Part shown: positions 62,726 to 64,000 of the stretch, piece by piece | Numbering within the stretch: the first letter of the stretch is position 1 | How the letters are laid out: each line of letters opens with the position of its first letter | Assembly (NCBI GenBank): GCA_013239625.1 | Contig: MU054001.1 | Span: forward strand, 7,634,746-7,698,745 | Reading direction: 5' to 3' | DNA: 64,000 bases | DNA from: Lama guanicoe | Taxonomy: Eukaryota | Notes under the pieces: generated by a model | The model's input: only the letters and a program-made list of their open reading frames with translations | Databases searched by the model: none | Told to the model about the DNA's origin: nothing | Made by a program: the position numbers and the translations under genes

Positions 62726-64000
62726 TCATTTCACTTTCTTGATGATGTCCTTTGTAACAAAAAGGTTTTAATTTTGATGAAGTCCAGTTTATCTGCTTTT
62801 TTCTTCTATCACTTGTGTTCTTCGTATTTTATCTAGGAAACCAAAGCATATCCTAGGACCACAAAGATTTATACTGTGTCTTCTTTTAAAAAGTTTATAG
62901 GTTTAGTTTTTACCTTTCTGTCTGTGATCCATTTTGAATCAAATTTTATTTGTTATATAAAATATGGAGGTCCAGATTCCAGATTGATTCTTTTGCCTGC
63001 AGATACCCAGCTGTCCCTGCACCATTTGTTGAATAGACTATTCTTTCAATGGAGTGTTGTTGGCAAATTTGTGGAAAACTGATTGTAAATGTAAGTTATT
63101 TCCCTCTGGGTTTTTATTGTGGCTGATAGATTTATTTATCCAAATTTATGCCAATACCATACTGACTTGAGTACCATAGCTTTTTAGTACCCTTTAAAGT
63201 GACTCCTCCAAATTTGTTTTGCTTTTTCAAGATTGTTTTGGCTTACCTGGGTCCCTTGCATTTCCACATGGAATTTGGGATCAGTTTTTCAATTTTTGCA
63301 AAGAAGTCAGCTGGAATTTTGATAGGGATTCCACTGAATTTGTAAATCACTTTGACGAGTCTTAACATTTTTAACAATATTCTCTACCATTCCATGAACA
63401 TAGGATGTCTTCCACATATGTAGATATTTTAAATTTTATTTCGGTGATACTTCAAAATATTCAATGTACAAATCTTGTAAACTTTTGTTAAATGTATCTC
63501 CCATTTTATTTTTAATGCTGTTGTAAATGGAAAGGCTGAGCTTCTTGAAGGTGGGACTGTATATCAATTTGTTTATTTCTAGGTTTCCTACACAGCAAAT
63601 ACACTAGGTTTATATTTGTTACATAAATCTATCCACAACTCTTCCCGCCTCAATTTTATAAGAAACCAAGACCCAAGTTAATCTACCTGAACACCTACGT
63701 GGAAGTGAGAAGAGAGACCATTGGGTGGGGCTTTCAGCAGATGATACTGAGAGCTTATTCAGGATGGCTTCTTCTTAATTTTTTTAAACCACCCTTTCGG
63801 TGTATTTAGTGAGATACATTAGGAACATGCCCTTTTGATGTGTAGAGGAGCTAAGACTATCATTTTAAAAAGATTTCTATTGAGAGTGTTGTACTTGAAA
63901 TCTTATTTGCATCAATCTTTGAAGATTTATGTTTCAGGAGCTTTGACTAAAGAACACCTGTCTTTATTCAATAATGACGAATAAATGCTTAAGCAACATG

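Larger units (their letters stand above)
61940..63530 (-). mobile_element. Older L1 ORF2 fragment
   Basis: Antisense ORF2 motifs such as ttttgatgaagtcca, caccatttgttgaatagact and gggtcccttgcatttcca. Confidence 0.85.

Overview
Mammalian genomic DNA, probably camelid (inferred from repeated short tRNA-derived Vic-1-like SINEs and the L1 3' ends). No intact protein-coding gene is supported. The main content is an intron-containing (unprocessed) pseudogene copy of TRAPPC9 on the + strand. Five recognisable exons lie in the native order: 13517-14088, 22355-22463, a 27-nt microexon at 30512-30538, 38572-38692 and 45461-45584. They carry stops and frameshifts and sit downstream of an intact-looking CpG-island promoter at about 8.7-9.4 kb. 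Interleaved on the - strand is a chain of splice-site-bounded, mostly phase-compatible exon remnants (about 33.1 kb down to 17.5 kb) that looks like a second, unidentified decayed gene. The rest is repeats: a 7.3-kb ERV1-class provirus-like element (two LTRs, GACT TSD, Arg-type PBS, integrase remnant, containing an assembly gap), four solo LTRs (two forming an inverted pair just upstream of the CpG island), L1 fragments, MaLR LTRs, MER33/MER2 DNA transposons, SINEs and microsatellites. All family names come from recall of known sequences, not from database searches.
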